From Nymphaea colorata (lineage: Eukaryota), in contig NC_045138.2 of assembly GCF_008831285.2 (NCBI RefSeq), positions 2,108,001 to 2,172,000 on the forward strand: DNA of 64,000 nucleotides. Direction: 5' to 3'. The notes below the pieces were generated by a model that made no database searches, was not told where the DNA came from, and saw only the letters and a program-made list of their open reading frames with translations. Made by a program: the position numbers and the translations under genes. Positions within the stretch are counted from its first letter, which is position 1. The number at the start of each line of letters is the position of its first letter. Below, piece after piece: positions 12,455 through 25,796 of this stretch.

Positions 12455-13975
12455 AAATATATCTCAGCTCCATATGGACTACATGCTTGGTAAACAAGTC
12501 TTCTGATATTTCCTTGGTAAGGAGATCTGCTACCATGTCATTGGTAGGCACGTAATTTCATTTTTCTCAATCATTTCATGGATATAATGGTATTTCACCA
12601 TTATATGTTTACTCTTTGAGCTCACAGCTCCATTTTTCATAAGTGATATCGCTGCCTGATTATCACAATATAGTCATGATCAAGATCTAGTTTCAAGTCT
12701 TTCAAGAACTGATTTATCTAGACAGCACATGTGGTGGCAACATTACACGCTACATATTCTGCTTCTTGTGTGTGCTGATCAATACATCCCTGTTTCTTAC
12801 AGGACCAAGCTATCACTCCACCTCCAAAGACAAATACATATCCATATGTGGACTTGCTGTCATCTCTACAACCAGCAAAATATACATCGGTATAGCCAAC
12901 TAAAGTTAGTTCATTCGCTTGATAAGAGAATTTCAGTCCTTTAGTTCCTTTTATATACCGAAAAATTCTTTTAACCGCTTGCCCGTGAGGCCAACCAGGA
13001 TTGCTTTGGTAACGACTCACAAGTCAAACAGGAAAACTTATGTCTGGTCTTGTATAAAGCATTAGATATATTAAACTACTAACAGCCTGTGCATAAGGAA
13101 CATGTAATTTCTGCTGTTCTTCTCCAGGACAGTCGCTCCTGCTTAGATTTGCTCATTTAGCTATGAGAGTTCCAATTGGTTTGCAATCTTGCATTCGAAA
13201 TTTCTTCAAGATATAATCAATATATCGTTCTTGGCTCAAACTCAGAATCCTCGAGTCTCTATCTCGAGTGATCTTTATCTCTAATATGTAGGAAGCTTCA
13301 CCCATGTCCTTCATTTCGAAGTTCTCATTTAACCAAGACTTTGTTTTGGATATCATATTGTTATCGTTTCCAGTCAATAGAATATCATCGACTTATAAAG
13401 ATAAGATACAGTACAGACTATCACTTTTTCAGACATATACACACTGGTCAAATTTATTTGCTATGTATCCAAGCTTTATAATTGCATTATGAAAGGCAAA
13501 ATACCACTATTTTGGAGACTGCTTCAATCCGTAAAATGATTTATGTAGCTTGTATAGTTTGTCTTCATTTTCTTTGATGACATATCCCTGTGGTTGAAAC
13601 ATATATATGGTTTCCTTTAATTCACCATTCAAGAAGGCAGTTTTCACATCCATCTAATAAACATCCAAGTCATAGAAGGTTGCGATAGCCAAAATTATTC
13701 TGATTGATGCAAACTTTGCTATTGGAGAATAAGTTTCTATGTAATCAATTCCTTTCTATTGGTAAAAACCTTTTGCCACCAGCCTTGCTTTAAACTTTTC
13801 AACTGTTCCGACGCCTTTATATTTTTTCTTTAGCACCCATTTGCACCCAATGGGTCTTCTATCCTTAGGAAGATCTATTAATTCCCAAACTTTATTATTT
13901 TCTATGGATTCAATTTCCTCATCAATAGTGTTCACCCAATCTGATGATTCATGCTAGTTTATCGCATCGCCATAT
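12455..13975 (-). mobile_element. Ty1/copia RT-RNase H remnant, 5'-truncated
   Basis: KARLVAKGF, DVKTAFLNGEL, YGLKQS, *VDDILL (YVDD broken by a stop), MKDMGEASYIL, STYGYVF..GGGVIAWSCKKQ, AEYVA, ADLLTK. Confidence 0.95.
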
Positions 13976-14069
13976 ATCAGAGAGAGGCAGAGATCTTCTG
14001 GCCATTTACTGTCCAACAAGAGAAAAACTCCACTTATCTATCTAATAAAGAACTGTAATTTCTTCATCA

Positions 14070-14545
14070 TGGAGGGAGAGGGAGGGAGAGTAGCATAGGG
14101 ATCTCTTTGATGCCAATCTAATAGCTAGAGAGAGAAAATTCTTCCCCTATCTTGCTTAGACATTTATTAACCATCCAATAAGGAGGGAGGTGGTGGGCAT
14201 GGGCTGAGATTTGGATAATTACATAGCAGAGCATCTCAAAAGGCGCAAAAGATCAATGGAAGCAAATGCTATCCAATGACAACAACCAGCATGCCCGCAG
14301 GAGCGATGTGGTGGGCATAGTGGCTGTTGTAATTGCATACCATTTGTTTCTACTACCTGCACTTTCAAGTTGTTCATTTAGTTTTTCTTTGAGTTGTTTG
14401 GCTGTGAAATTAACCAAATGTCAGCCCATGCCCACCGCCTCCCTCCCTGTTGGATGGTTAATAAATGCCGAAGCATGATAGGGGAAGAATTTTCTCTCTT
14501 TAGATAGAAGATTGGCAAGGCAGAGTCTTTCCCCCTCTCTCTGTG
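14070..14545. repeat. Inverted repeat (hairpin G'), paralog of 33401-33920
   Basis: agagagaaaattcttcccctatc/gataggggaagaattttctctct; catttattaaccatccaa/ttggatggttaataaatg; tgggcatgggctga/tcagcccatgccca. Confidence 0.9.
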
Positions 14546-15074
14546 ACATAAAAAAGTTTAGCCATTAATTTTCTGAACCTAGTTATATGTACAGGCTGTG
14601 CACATTTACATAGTGTACAAGTTTCTGTGTATGATAAGTACTAAAAAAAGTGGGCTACTGACCCAATGCAGGTGGGCCAAAGTTACAGTTGGCATGCCCC
14701 AAGACATTTTTTTTAAATTTACATGTAAATTTTAGAAAATTCCACTTGTTCTACATACAAATTTTGAAAAATGATATTTCAAACTTTAATTTGGGCTCCT
14801 CATTAAAAATTTCTTGCTCCGCCCTTGCGATGCACCATGCACGCCTTGTACATAACTCTTTATCTTAATTTCCTAGCTGGTCTTTGGGGAGGGGAAGCAT
14901 AAACACACCATCCACTAGCATGGCCTGCCTCTCTCTTCCATGGAAGTTGTCAAAATATTTCGTGATTCTCTTCCACCGCTATTACAAATTTGCATTATGA
15001 TAACCAACAGTTTGTAATTCATTGGTTGATTCCCAGCATGCACATATTGGACATTGATGAGGACCATGAGGAGC

Positions 15075-15560
15075 AAAGAATGACAATTATATGCATTGTA
15101 AAACTTCCAATATATGAACATTAGGGAAACATTTTCAAGAGAAAGGCAGACCAAGTGGTTTTCATAGCATATCGTGCAATACAAATGCAAGAAGCAAAGG
15201 ACATGACAATTGCATGCATCTTAAAATTCTCAGTATATGGAAATTAGGGAAACATTTTCTCCAAAACGAGAAAACAAGTGGTCTTCATAGTGTATAAAGC
15301 AATCAGAAACACTACAAATTAACAAAGGAAATGGCAAGTCAATGCATTGTAAAATGAAACTCAGGGAAACATTTTTATGAAAACGAGAAACCAAGTGGTT
15401 TTCACAGTGCATAATAAAAACAGAAACACTAGAAACATAGGATATGACAATTGCCTGCATTGTAAAATTCTCAGCATGTGAAAATTAGGAAAACATTTTC
15501 ATAAAAATATTAAGACCAACGAAGTGGTTTTCATAGTGTATTATGCAAACACAAACACTA
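15075..15560. repeat. ~120-bp tandem repeat, about 4 copies
   Basis: Recurring tgcattgtaaaa...ggaaacatttt...accaagtggttttcatag. Confidence 0.8.
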
Positions 15561-17021
15561 TTTTTATTTTCTTTGATTCATGGTGAAAGTAAGAAATTGG
15601 AGGCAACCGGATGCCAACGTAGCACCACCAGAGGAAATGTCCCAACAAGAGGGACTTCCAAGGACTTAGATGTGCAGACATCTCTTTGCATAAATACACA
15701 CCTTTTAAATGTCTCAAAAGTAACCAAAATCAAGTTACTTGTGTCTCTTCCTCAGTAATGTGTCATTAGGCTGACTCTAATACGGTTCATGTTATTGGGT
15801 GCCTAAAATATTGGGCAACTCAAAAAATATTTTTCCAAAAAATATACCTTATATGCAAAAAAAAAAAAATTATCTTTCATTTTTTTGTTATTATTTTGAA
15901 AAGCAAACATCAGATACATGAAACTATGGTTTGAAATTATTTGGAAACAAATAATAAATAATTCGCTGGGCAAACACAATCATCAACCAGTAACAAATTG
16001 TGGGAGATGGTTGGTTATTTGAATATTGGTTCGGTGGATAGATTTAGTGTCATTCAATTAACTTGATAATAGCAAAAATAATATCATTATTTTTTAATAA
16101 ATAAACCATATTAAAAATAAAAATCAATAATAAATATATAAAATAAATATATAAAATAATCTCATCAAGGGCACACTTGAAAATAAGAAATTTCAAGTTC
16201 TAAATAATTTTTAAGTTGGCTGAAGCTTTGTTCAATACACTCAAGTTCAAATTTTGATTCTTGTGAAGATACGTTGTTCCTGTTCAACTATAAATATTCA
16301 CATTCAATTGTAAGAATCTTATTGTAGCTATACAGCACATTAATTTAAGGATAAAGCAATTACGAAAATGGAATGAACATTACAGTTCACGTATGCAAAA
16401 GACCCACACAACATACTCGAAAGAGATTGAGTTCCAGTAATTGCTAATGCTGCAACCCCCGTCCTGCTGTTGCTTGAAATGCAAAAGGGTGATTGGGAAA
16501 TTGAAAGGAAAAAGAAAACAATATTGATGAGACTATACATGAAGTCAACACAAATCAGAAGACAATATGTTCAGATCCCACTAACGTATCGAAGATTGAT
16601 AAAACACGTTTTTTTTAAAAAAATGGTAAATTAAATTACCATTTAAAACTAAAAAACACATTTTTTTTGAAAATTTTCATTCTTTCAGTGCCAAATAGAT
16701 GTTTATTTATTTTTTTTTTATTTTTATTTGTTGCAAATTTATTTATCTTTTGATGTTTGTGTTATCAATTTCTCACTTATTTTATTTTTCCCTCATTTTT
16801 AGTTTTTTTAATTTATAAAAATTTGCCATATTTTTTTTTTCAAGCTCACCATATTATACCTGAGAAAAACGTCACCGTTTAAAATTCCAAAACATTAATG
16901 GTGGCTATAATTGATATATACAATCTGCTCATTCTCCTGATCTTCAACACTCAGTCTCTGCAAAGGTTACCTTCAAAAGTATACGCAAGATAACAAAACA
17001 ATCCTGAATACCAAAAAAATG

Positions 17022-17061
<40 letters not shown>

Positions 17062-17653
17062 TCCATCATTTTAACAGTGAATGATTAGAAAATGCAAAGA
17101 AGAATGCACATTTACAAAAAAAAAAAAAAACCAAGGAATACAACTGTCAGTTAAACTTATATCTAGGTTTCTTCTTGTTAAAGAATGTCAACTTCATTTG
17201 ATGCAAATCCTAGCTCCGTGGGACAAAGTGCACAAGTGGTTCTGCCAAAACAAAAAGCGTTCTGGGTGCCCGAATCAGCTACTAATGACTTCAAATAACA
17301 AAACAAGCATTCATTTGGCAGCGCCTCAGAGCATTTCAGTTTTATTGCTTTCCTCAAGCACTGCAATGTTTTATGCAGAAGATAGGTTGCGTAGATAGAT
17401 GGCTAGGGAGGTAAAGAATTGGACATTGGCTAGTCTTTATTCATACAGGTAATGGCACACCACCGATAAGTTTTGCAATAGCCAACTGGCAGTTTTGTGT
17501 GACAGTCCTACACAAGTTGTTCAGGCAGTTGAGGAACGTAGACACAGAAATTCAAAATTTCTAATGTGCCTATGAAATGGTAAATGTGGCTTCATTTGAC
17601 AAGGTGTTATGCATGGCTGTTCATTCAATATTTTTGTTTTCGAGATATGTTTG

Positions 17654-19745
17654 TGTTCGCATCCGCAATTTTTTTTTTTGGTTTGATTTTTGGAATGATC
17701 TAGAAAAATAAGTCTTGTTTTGAAAATCAAGAGAAAGAGACTCGCCCGTAGGTACGAGGATCAACCGTTCTCGGCACCTTTATCAGAGGTAATCAATCCA
17801 AGGGCTATGTTTCTTATTGATGCATTTCATTTTGACGTAAACATCTTTATTATTCTATATGTGGTGTAGTGTTTGAGAAAAATGTTGAAAGTTTGATGTT
17901 TCCAACTTTTGAAAAGATCTTTGAAGAATTATTTGAGAATGTGAAACATTTTGGAGAAAACTAGAATTGGAAAATATCATTTGGAAAGCATAGGAAATCA
18001 TTTTCAAGTCATTTTAGTGTTCTCTTAAGACTATAAGTAGGTTTGAGGTTTTGCTCTAATTCAGTTACTACCTAGTTAGCGCTCCATCTCATCTTCCTTA
18101 AGTTCTTTTAGAGAGGTACTTGTGATCATAAGTGATATTAAGTGATTGTGGATGCATGAATGCATTGAACCTACATGATACATTTTTGCCACAACGTTCA
18201 TCTAAAGGCATTCCAACCATCACATATATCTAAGACTTTTGTAATAAATATTTTTGATGAAAGAGAAAAGTTTTTAAAATATAATGGGGTTGTAGAACCA
18301 CAAACGTGATTCCAATATTTGAACACTACTTTGAGTTTTGGTCTTGGTTAATTCAGTAGATAAAAAGATCATGAGAGGAAATTGTTAAAAGAATGGAAAT
18401 GATGAAAGATTTGATCGCTAGAGAGATATTGAAAATCATAAAATCAAAGATTTAAAAGCCAGAGAAATTTTAAAATGAAATACACGTATATATATTCACA
18501 TATACATATATGAGAGTTTGTTAGAGCATGTTAAATCATAAAAAGAGAAAAACAAAGAAAGATATTCATGTGCACATATACATATATAACATGTATATAC
18601 GTATATGTTTTCATGAGAGTTAAAATAAAAAAAATGAATTGAAAATATATCCGACTTTAATTTTTGATGTAGGCCGGAGGGGAACTTAGGTTAATGCAAT
18701 AACCCAAGTTAAGACTCCAAGGCCACATTAGAAAGGGTATTTGGTTTTGAAAATCTTTTGAAAAGCATGATCATAAATATTTTTGTGTATGAATAAAAAC
18801 CACAACTATTACAAGAAAATTGATTTCTCCCACCATTGAGTATGGCAAAAAATGAAAAAAATACATGAAATGGAAAATGATGAAGCACTCACTGGGGTTC
18901 CTAATCGGGTAATTAAGAGATAAACTAAGCGTGAAAATGACATGAAGTTGCACTTTAACATATACAAATTCGTGGAGGGATTTCCCGGGTTGAACAAGTT
19001 CCAACCTCAAAATCAACACAAGAATGAAGAAATCTCAAACTCAAACACTCATTTTCACCATGCATTTGCTCATTAATTAAGGAAAAATTAGAATATCATG
19101 TATGAACATCATCTCAAACCTGAATGATGAATAAAAACAATATAGCAAGCATATTTTTGAAGATAAAATGAAGAAATGGAATTTATTCTGCCTTGCTCCT
19201 ACTCCCAGTGCACTCAAGAGTAGCTCTTGATTCCGGATAAGAAATTATTTGAGCTTGCTTGCATGGCTATAGGGAGGTGACAAGAGGAAAATATGAAATA
19301 GATGAAAATGAGAGGAAGATTACATACTTCAAATATGAATGACATTAGAAATGAGATCTCTCTTTTGAATGATCTTGGAGTCACCAAAGATGAAGCTCGA
19401 AGATGATGAACCACCAAGAAATCTCTTTGTACCCCTTTGAAGAGTTTGAACTTGAAGAATGTTTGCTCTCAATGTTGGAAAAGAAGAAAAAAATAGAAAG
19501 AGAGAGCTAAGGAAAATAAAAACTTTGAAGTGAGGAAGCATGAGAGGTTCCTCCATGGTTGGAGGATGCCCAAGAGAGAAGATTGTGAGGGTATTTATAG
19601 AGAGTTTTGGAACCAAAACACAAAATTTGATTTTTTTTTTTAATTTCACAACATTTTCATTCGAATTTCAAATAATTTTGAATTATTTTCAAATTTCTTT
19701 TTTAAAAAATACGTTTTGACTAAATAGGTTGGCCATTAGCACTGC
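17654..19745 (-). mobile_element. Partial LTR of Tat/Ogre-type family (5' part missing)
   Basis: Starts tgttcgcatcc, the reverse complement of LTR end ggatgcgaaca (52941); continuous homology to the + strand LTRs. Confidence 0.85.
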
Positions 19746-19749
19746 AAAA

Positions 19750-19986
19750 TGAAATGTTTAAGACACTACATACACCACATCTAGAAAGATAAAAATGTTT
19801 AAGCCAAAATGAAATACATTAATAATAAACATAGCCCTTGGATTGATTACCCCCAGTAAAGGCACCGAGAACGGTCGATCCTCATTCCGACGGACGAGTC
19901 CCATTCTCTCTCATTTTCAAAACAAAACTCATTTTTATAAAGCACTCCAAAAATCAAACAAAAAAAAAAAATTGGGGATGAGAACA
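19750..19986 (+). mobile_element. 3'-terminal LTR fragment of the same family, opposite orientation
   Basis: aacatagcccttggattgattacccc...gatcctc...ggggatgagaaca matches LTR ends at 42276 and 52941. Confidence 0.8.
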
Positions 19987-20319
19987 GTTTGCTAGGGTGG
20001 GAAGAGTCTATAAAGGACTGACAAGAGTAGTTTTTCATCTTACCATTTGACTAAGAGCCAAAGCCTGTAACTTTCCCCCCCTCTAAGGGTGGGCAACGAG
20101 CTTGGTACCCATTGAGTTGTTGGGTACACAACCCGTGAGGGCTGGCTATTTGACATTCAAGCCAGCCCGATAAAAAAAAAAAAAACATGCCAAGCCGGAC
20201 TAGCCCGAGCTAGGTATTGGGGGCCTAACCTGTCCTAATAAATGCATTTAAAAATAATCTCTCTTATTTTCTCTCTCTCCCTCTATGTCTCTTTTGTCTC
20301 TCTCTCTGCCAAATGCTAG

Positions 20320-20512
20320 GCCAATGAGAAGAAGTTGGGGTAGATACTAGATAGGCAATCCTGCCTCCTCCTCCTTGGTGAACTTGTATGTGCGGGTGAA
20401 GCGGCTGCAGAATGTGGCATGCTCACCCGAGATCTGTATGGCATGCAACATCCCATCCCCATCGAACAGATGGCAGGCAGCTTTGGGAATGGACTGCGGG
20501 TTGGACCCATTG
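20320..20512 (-). pseudogene. Carotenoid cleavage dioxygenase (CCD4/NCED-like) gene fragment
   Basis: NGSNPQSIPKAACHLFDGDGMLHAIQISGEHATFCSRFTRTYKF..E.G.P then, frameshifted, YPNFFS; isolated ~190-bp piece. Confidence 0.88.
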
Positions 20513-21221
20513 GAAATCAATGTTATTTGAACCTGCCTGAATTGAGCCGAGTCTGGCAATTTTATTTGATTCAGTGGCTGATTCTCACTTATCATGTTCT
20601 GATTAATTTAATACTTTTTTCAATTTTATTAGTTCCTTTATTTTATTTTTTACAAAAAAATTTGAATCACTTAAATCTTTGACAATTTTAATTAATTTTT
20701 GAAAAATGAGAAATTTGCGATTTTGTTACACATAAGCAGCGGTAGACAGTGGCACCCGATTCATGATTTGATCCGGTTCAGACTTACCATTATAATAGGT
20801 CCAATCAGATAACAGGATCGACCAATATATAGGATCCAATACCATATATACAAAAACAATAACCATTTGTGCAAATATTCAAGGCACGATGCTGATTGGA
20901 TCAACATGGAAATATCTCGCTGGCCGGTACTGGAATAGATTCTGGACTGGTGCTCCGACCCATTCATAGCAACCTTTATTTTGAAATGAATGAAAATTTA
21001 AGAAACATATAGGATTGGAAATCAGGATATGTGTGAACTTAATTAAACATCTTTTATTTCCTAAAAAACATAGCTTATACATGGAAGTAAATAGAGAAAA
21101 TAATTTCTCCAAATAAGATAAATAGCAGCAGTGAGGTATTGGAAACCACAGTGAATTAGAAAGATCTGCTGAGAAAGAAATGAAGAAGAAGACGATGGCG
21201 ATGAAGGTAGCCAGCCTTTAA
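20513..21221 (+). pseudogene. Duplicated DEFL promoter + dead exon 1 (MAMKVASL*), unit 2
   Basis: Homology to 5590-6060 (ataagataaatagcagca, ccacagtg, gaagaagaagacgATGGCG); ATG 21195, early stop, no exon 2. Confidence 0.8.
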
Positions 21222-21369
21222 GTGTAGGCATAATTTTTTCTCCATCATCTTTCATTCCATTGCTACAAGGTGGGAATCTGACCACCTCTTTTTCGAAACA
21301 CAATATGTGGGTAGGTAGGCAGGCAGGCATACGTACCAAGCAAATCGCTTCGTACACCATCTTCCATTG

Positions 21370-21420
<51 letters not shown>

Positions 21421-21498
21421 GAGATTACATCTCTCAAAGGATAAAAACATTTTGATGATGCAAATGGTGGAAAATTTCTCCATTCCATTCATTTCAAT

Positions 21499-21689
21499 CA
21501 GGGGGGCGGAGCCAAGGGGTGGCCCACATGGTCCCTCGCCCCACCTCAAAAAAAAAAAAATTACATGCAAAATTTAGAAAATTTTGCTTGTCTTATATAG
21601 AGATTTTGAAAAATGGTATTTCGGCCAGTGTCAAAATTTAGAAACTTTTGTTCCGCCCCTCGCGTGAAAAATTTCTGGCTCTGCCGTTG
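21499..21689. mobile_element. hAT-type MITE (ggggcggagcc family)
   Basis: Perfect 8-bp TSD atttcaat; empty site at ~35465; related copies or fragments near 1.5-1.6, 14.7-14.8, 27.5, 30.9, 44.1 and 59.6 kb. Confidence 0.85.
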
Positions 21690-24600
21690 ATTTCAATGTA
21701 CTTAAACAAAAAAGTTTACTCTTGTTCAGACATTTCCTCCAGTAATATGTGGGCAATCAGTGGCCATGTTTCTACTTTCATACTGTAAGAACAATGCCTT
21801 TAGTGCTTGTGTTGCATGATCTACTAGTAAAACCACTTGGTATGTCTTTTTTTTATGAAAATTTGTCTTTAATGATGTGGTGCTGCAAGAAAGGGAGGAA
21901 GGATACTGATATGTTCAAATTAAAAGAATGAAAATAATATGACCTCAAGACAGCAAAAGTGGCTGGGGCAAAAGGGCAGACAGCCTTCACCAGGGCGAAG
22001 GAAATACCCTCTTGCTCACCCAATGGGTGCCTTTTACTAAAAACCCTAATAGTCTTTACCAATATTAACAAGAAGGCAATTGGCAGAAGCAAAAAGGTAG
22101 AAGGTGATGGAGGCAGTCGGAGTGAGCTGCCGGAAAAAGGTGGGAGGACTTCATCACTTGTTTCATGAGGTGGTGCCACCGTCAAAATGCCTGACGGTGT
22201 TCTCACTAGTCTGGAGCCGTGCAGCCCATGCTGACTAGCGTATATGTGCAGAAAGGTTAAGCTCTTCTGGGTATTTACTGTCCAGCGGTAAAAAACACTC
22301 CACTTATACATCTACTGGGTAGTAGGAAACTACCATAATTTGTTCTCTCATAGGGGGAGAGGGAGGAGGAGAGACAGAGCCATAGCTCTTTATCTTGTCA
22401 AATATATAGCAAATTCTTCACTTATCATCCCTCTCCAGCACTCCTCTCCTTGCCCTTCCACGATTTAAAGTAAATCGAACGAGTATTTTCTCAAGCTCAT
22501 TATGTAATCATCCGCATCAACTGTTGTTAACAAATCCATGTTTTCCCCTTTGGGGAAAATTTCAAATTGTTTCGTGAAATAAATACATCCATGTAAATGT
22601 TTTCAACTTTAAATTTAACATTTCAATAGTAATTAAAAAATGAAAAAAATAGAAAGGTTAGTGAACATTGCATCGAAGTATTGCATGCCTTGGTGAGCCT
22701 GTACGGCCATTCGAGGATGCTCCGTCAGATCACGGCACCATTCAATATCATAAAAGGAAAAAGAAGATTTCCCTACGGACGAGTCTATGTATTTATGGAC
22801 AATCAGGATTCAGATACATCGCTTTGTAAAAACTTGTGACAACCACCATTACCAACATCACAACACTGAACATCAAGGGAGAGAGAGATCGAGGATAAAG
22901 ACTACAAATGGCAGAACTCTCATCAGACAACGGTACACTAAATGATCTCAGACGCCACCGGGAATTCCATTAATCAACGGATTAACTCATGATATAGTTC
23001 CTTTGTCCAATTTAGAAAAGTTTATAGAAAGCAAGTTATATGAGATGGAGGCCGATAAGTTGATTGTTGACATGGGGTGGACGATCAGTCCGAGTTACCG
23101 AGACAAATAGGTCAGGGTTCGGGAGTGGCATTTATGGTAATTGAGGGGATGAGGAGGGTCTGCTTAAGGAGGGAAGGGTTTGCTCTCAAAAAATGGGAGG
23201 GTGAAGCGGTCGTTGAACACACGTAAACCCCAGGTTAAGGTAATTCGTCGACCATGGTTAAGTAATTGGTTAAGTAATGAGAGAATGAGAGACGACGTGT
23301 CTGATTTTGCTTAAAATCTAAAACCAGGTGAGCACCCCAAAAAACCCTAAGAAACCATAAGCAATCCACTCACAGCAGACTTGTGCCAAAACACACAGAA
23401 ATCGCAACAAGGAAAAGATCCAGGCAGCGAGAGACAATTCGCAATCATTCACATGGAACGAAGAAAAAAACAACCTCTTGCAAAACCAATCCCACAGTCC
23501 AAACCCTTCGACATTGCCAAAACAAAAACGCAGTAATCAGCAGCCAAGAATTACGAACAAAGAAACGAAGCAGCGAACAGAGGAACAAAAACTAAAGCGA
23601 GGAGCTAAAAAGAACACGCAGAAACAACCAGAGATTAGCACAATCCCCCGAGGAAGAGACAAGGGGAATGGAAGGGAAGTAAGGATAACCGCAGGTGGAG
23701 ATCTCAGTGGCATTGCAGTAATTACTCATCTCCGCTGCAAATCCGGGAAAGGAGCGAGGAGAAGCCCTAGATTTCTCCCGTCGCAGGCACCGGAGGAAGC
23801 GGTCGGCGAATCGAGGGGGAGAAAGCGAGAGGAGGAAGAGGACGAGTAATCATTAGAGAGAGAGAGAGGGAGAGCGAGGGAGTGTGCGTGTATGTTCTTC
23901 GAATTTAAGGAAAGAGGAGTCCGCTCGACCAATGGGGACTCGACGTCGCTCGCTCGACTGTACGGACTTCCACACGAGCGACCGACGCTGGCCTCGCTCT
24001 CCCCTTCTACTGCCCTGCTCCTTCCTGGCTTCCTTGAATAAATTAATAATTAATTAAGTAATTAAAAATTGGTAAGAACGGGGAAACAGTACTGGAGAGA
24101 GTGAGAGAGAGGCCGTGGCTAGTACTGTTTCCCGTTCTTATCAATTTTTAATTACTTAATTAATTATTAATTTATTCAAGGAAGTCAGGAAGGAGCAGGG
24201 CAGTCGAGAGAGAGAGGGACTCATTGTGGAAGTCCGTACAGTCGAGCGAGCGACGACGAGTTCCCATTGGTCGAACGGACTCCTCTTTCCTTAAATTCGA
24301 AGAACATACAAGCACACTCCCTCGCTCTCCCTCTCTCTCTCTCTCTCTCTAATGATTACTCGTCCTCTTCCTCCTCTCGCTTTCTCCCCCTCGATTCGCC
24401 GACCGCTTCCTCCGGTGCCTGCGACGGGAGAAATCTAGGGCTTCTCCTCGCTCCTTTCCCGGATTTGCAGCGGAGATGAGTAATTACTGCAATGCCACTG
24501 AGATCTCACCTGCGGTAATCCTTACTTCCCTTCCTTCCATTCCCCTTGTCTCTTCCTCGGGGATTGTGCTAATCTCTGGTTGTTTCTGCGTGTTCTTTTT

Positions 24601-24934
24601 AGCTCCTCGCTTTAGTTTTTGTTCCTCTGTTCGCTGCTTCGTTTCTTTGTTCGTAACTCTTGGCTGCTGATTACTGCGTTTTTGTTTTGGCAATGTCGAA
24701 GGATTTGGACTGTGGGATTGGTTTTGCAAGAGGTTTTTTTTTTTCTTCGTTCCATGTGAATGATTGCGAATTGTCTCTCGCTGCCTGCCTGGATCTTTTC
24801 CTTGTTCCGATTTCTGTGTGTTTTAGCACAAGTCTGCTGTGAGTGGATTGCTTATGGTTTCTTAGGGTTTTTTGGGGTGCTACCTGGTTTTAGATTCCAG
24901 TCCACGGTTTCACGTCATCGTTGATGAAATTTTT

Positions 24935-25088
24935 CTCGGTGATCCATTGATAAAATCCAGTCCACGGTTTCACATAATCGTTGATGAAATTTTTTAAAAT
25001 TTACATGTAAATCATGCTGGACGTAAAAAACAAGGGAGCAATGACGACCTGAAACCGTTCACTGGATTTTATCAACGGATCACCGAGC
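24935..25088. repeat. Small inverted repeat / MITE-like insert present only in the right arm of hairpin C
   Basis: ctcggtgatccattgataaaatccagt / actggattttatcaacggatcaccgag, plus adjacent ~40-bp direct duplication. Confidence 0.65.
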
Positions 25089-25565
25089 GATTTCAGACAC
25101 GTCGTCTCTCATTCTCTCGGTACCTAACCATGGTCTAACCATGGTTCCCATTTTTTGAGAGGAAACCCTTCCCTCCCTATGCAGCCCCTCCTCATCCCCT
25201 CAATTACCATAATCGCCACTCCCGAACCCTGACCTATTCGTCTCGGTAAATCGGACAGATCGTCCATCCCCATGTCAACAATCAACGTATCAGCCTCCAT
25301 CTCAGATAACTTTCTGGCCATAAACTTTTCTAAATTGGACAAAGAAGGAGCTTATTGGATTTCACTTTTGTGCCCAGCAACAAAACCAAAACTTCACCCA
25401 CGATAACTAAATTGGAAACAAGTCAACAGCGACCAACTAAACTACGTCTCTCAGGGCAACCTAAACTTTGATTCAAATAAGAAGAAAAAAGAAACCTACT
25501 GTCTTCTCCAAATCTGTCACCCTAAAAAGGGCTTGCTTTAAAATTTATGGTTCTAAGTAAATTAA

Positions 25566-25796
25566 AGATATGAGATGTTGGACATGGGAGTGAGGATCGC
25601 CGCAAGGTTTCACTCCCACTGTCCTCAGACGGCTTGCATGTACTACAAGCCGCCGGCCACTGAGCAGAGCGATGCCGTCCCAAGCAACCAATCTGAATCC
25701 CCCGCCACCACCGTCACTAGCTGCCAGATCGCCTCTTTTTCTTTCGAGGAAATCCCGGTGGCGTCTGAGATCATTCTGTGTACCGTTGTCCGATGA
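25566..25796 (+). pseudogene. Captured copy of a conserved uncharacterised small plant gene ([26 protein letters not shown] family), native N-terminus missing
   Basis: [29 protein letters not shown]...EIILCTVVR*; family signature recognised from memory; lies inside hairpin C. Confidence 0.78.

Noticed and set aside
17180..17400. Coding-like unique segments (also ~29690-29940, 43455-43690, 59770-60040)
   Set aside because: May be further captured fragments, but no family is recognisable by eye; needs BLASTX
21132..21150. tgaggtattggaaaccaca (also ~54427) resembles a miR2275 target site (24-nt phasiRNA trigger)
   Set aside because: Needs a 3-nt gap beside the cleavage position, is not conserved in units 1, 3 and 6, and lies so close to the TATA-like box that it may be untranscribed; miRNA sequence recalled from memory
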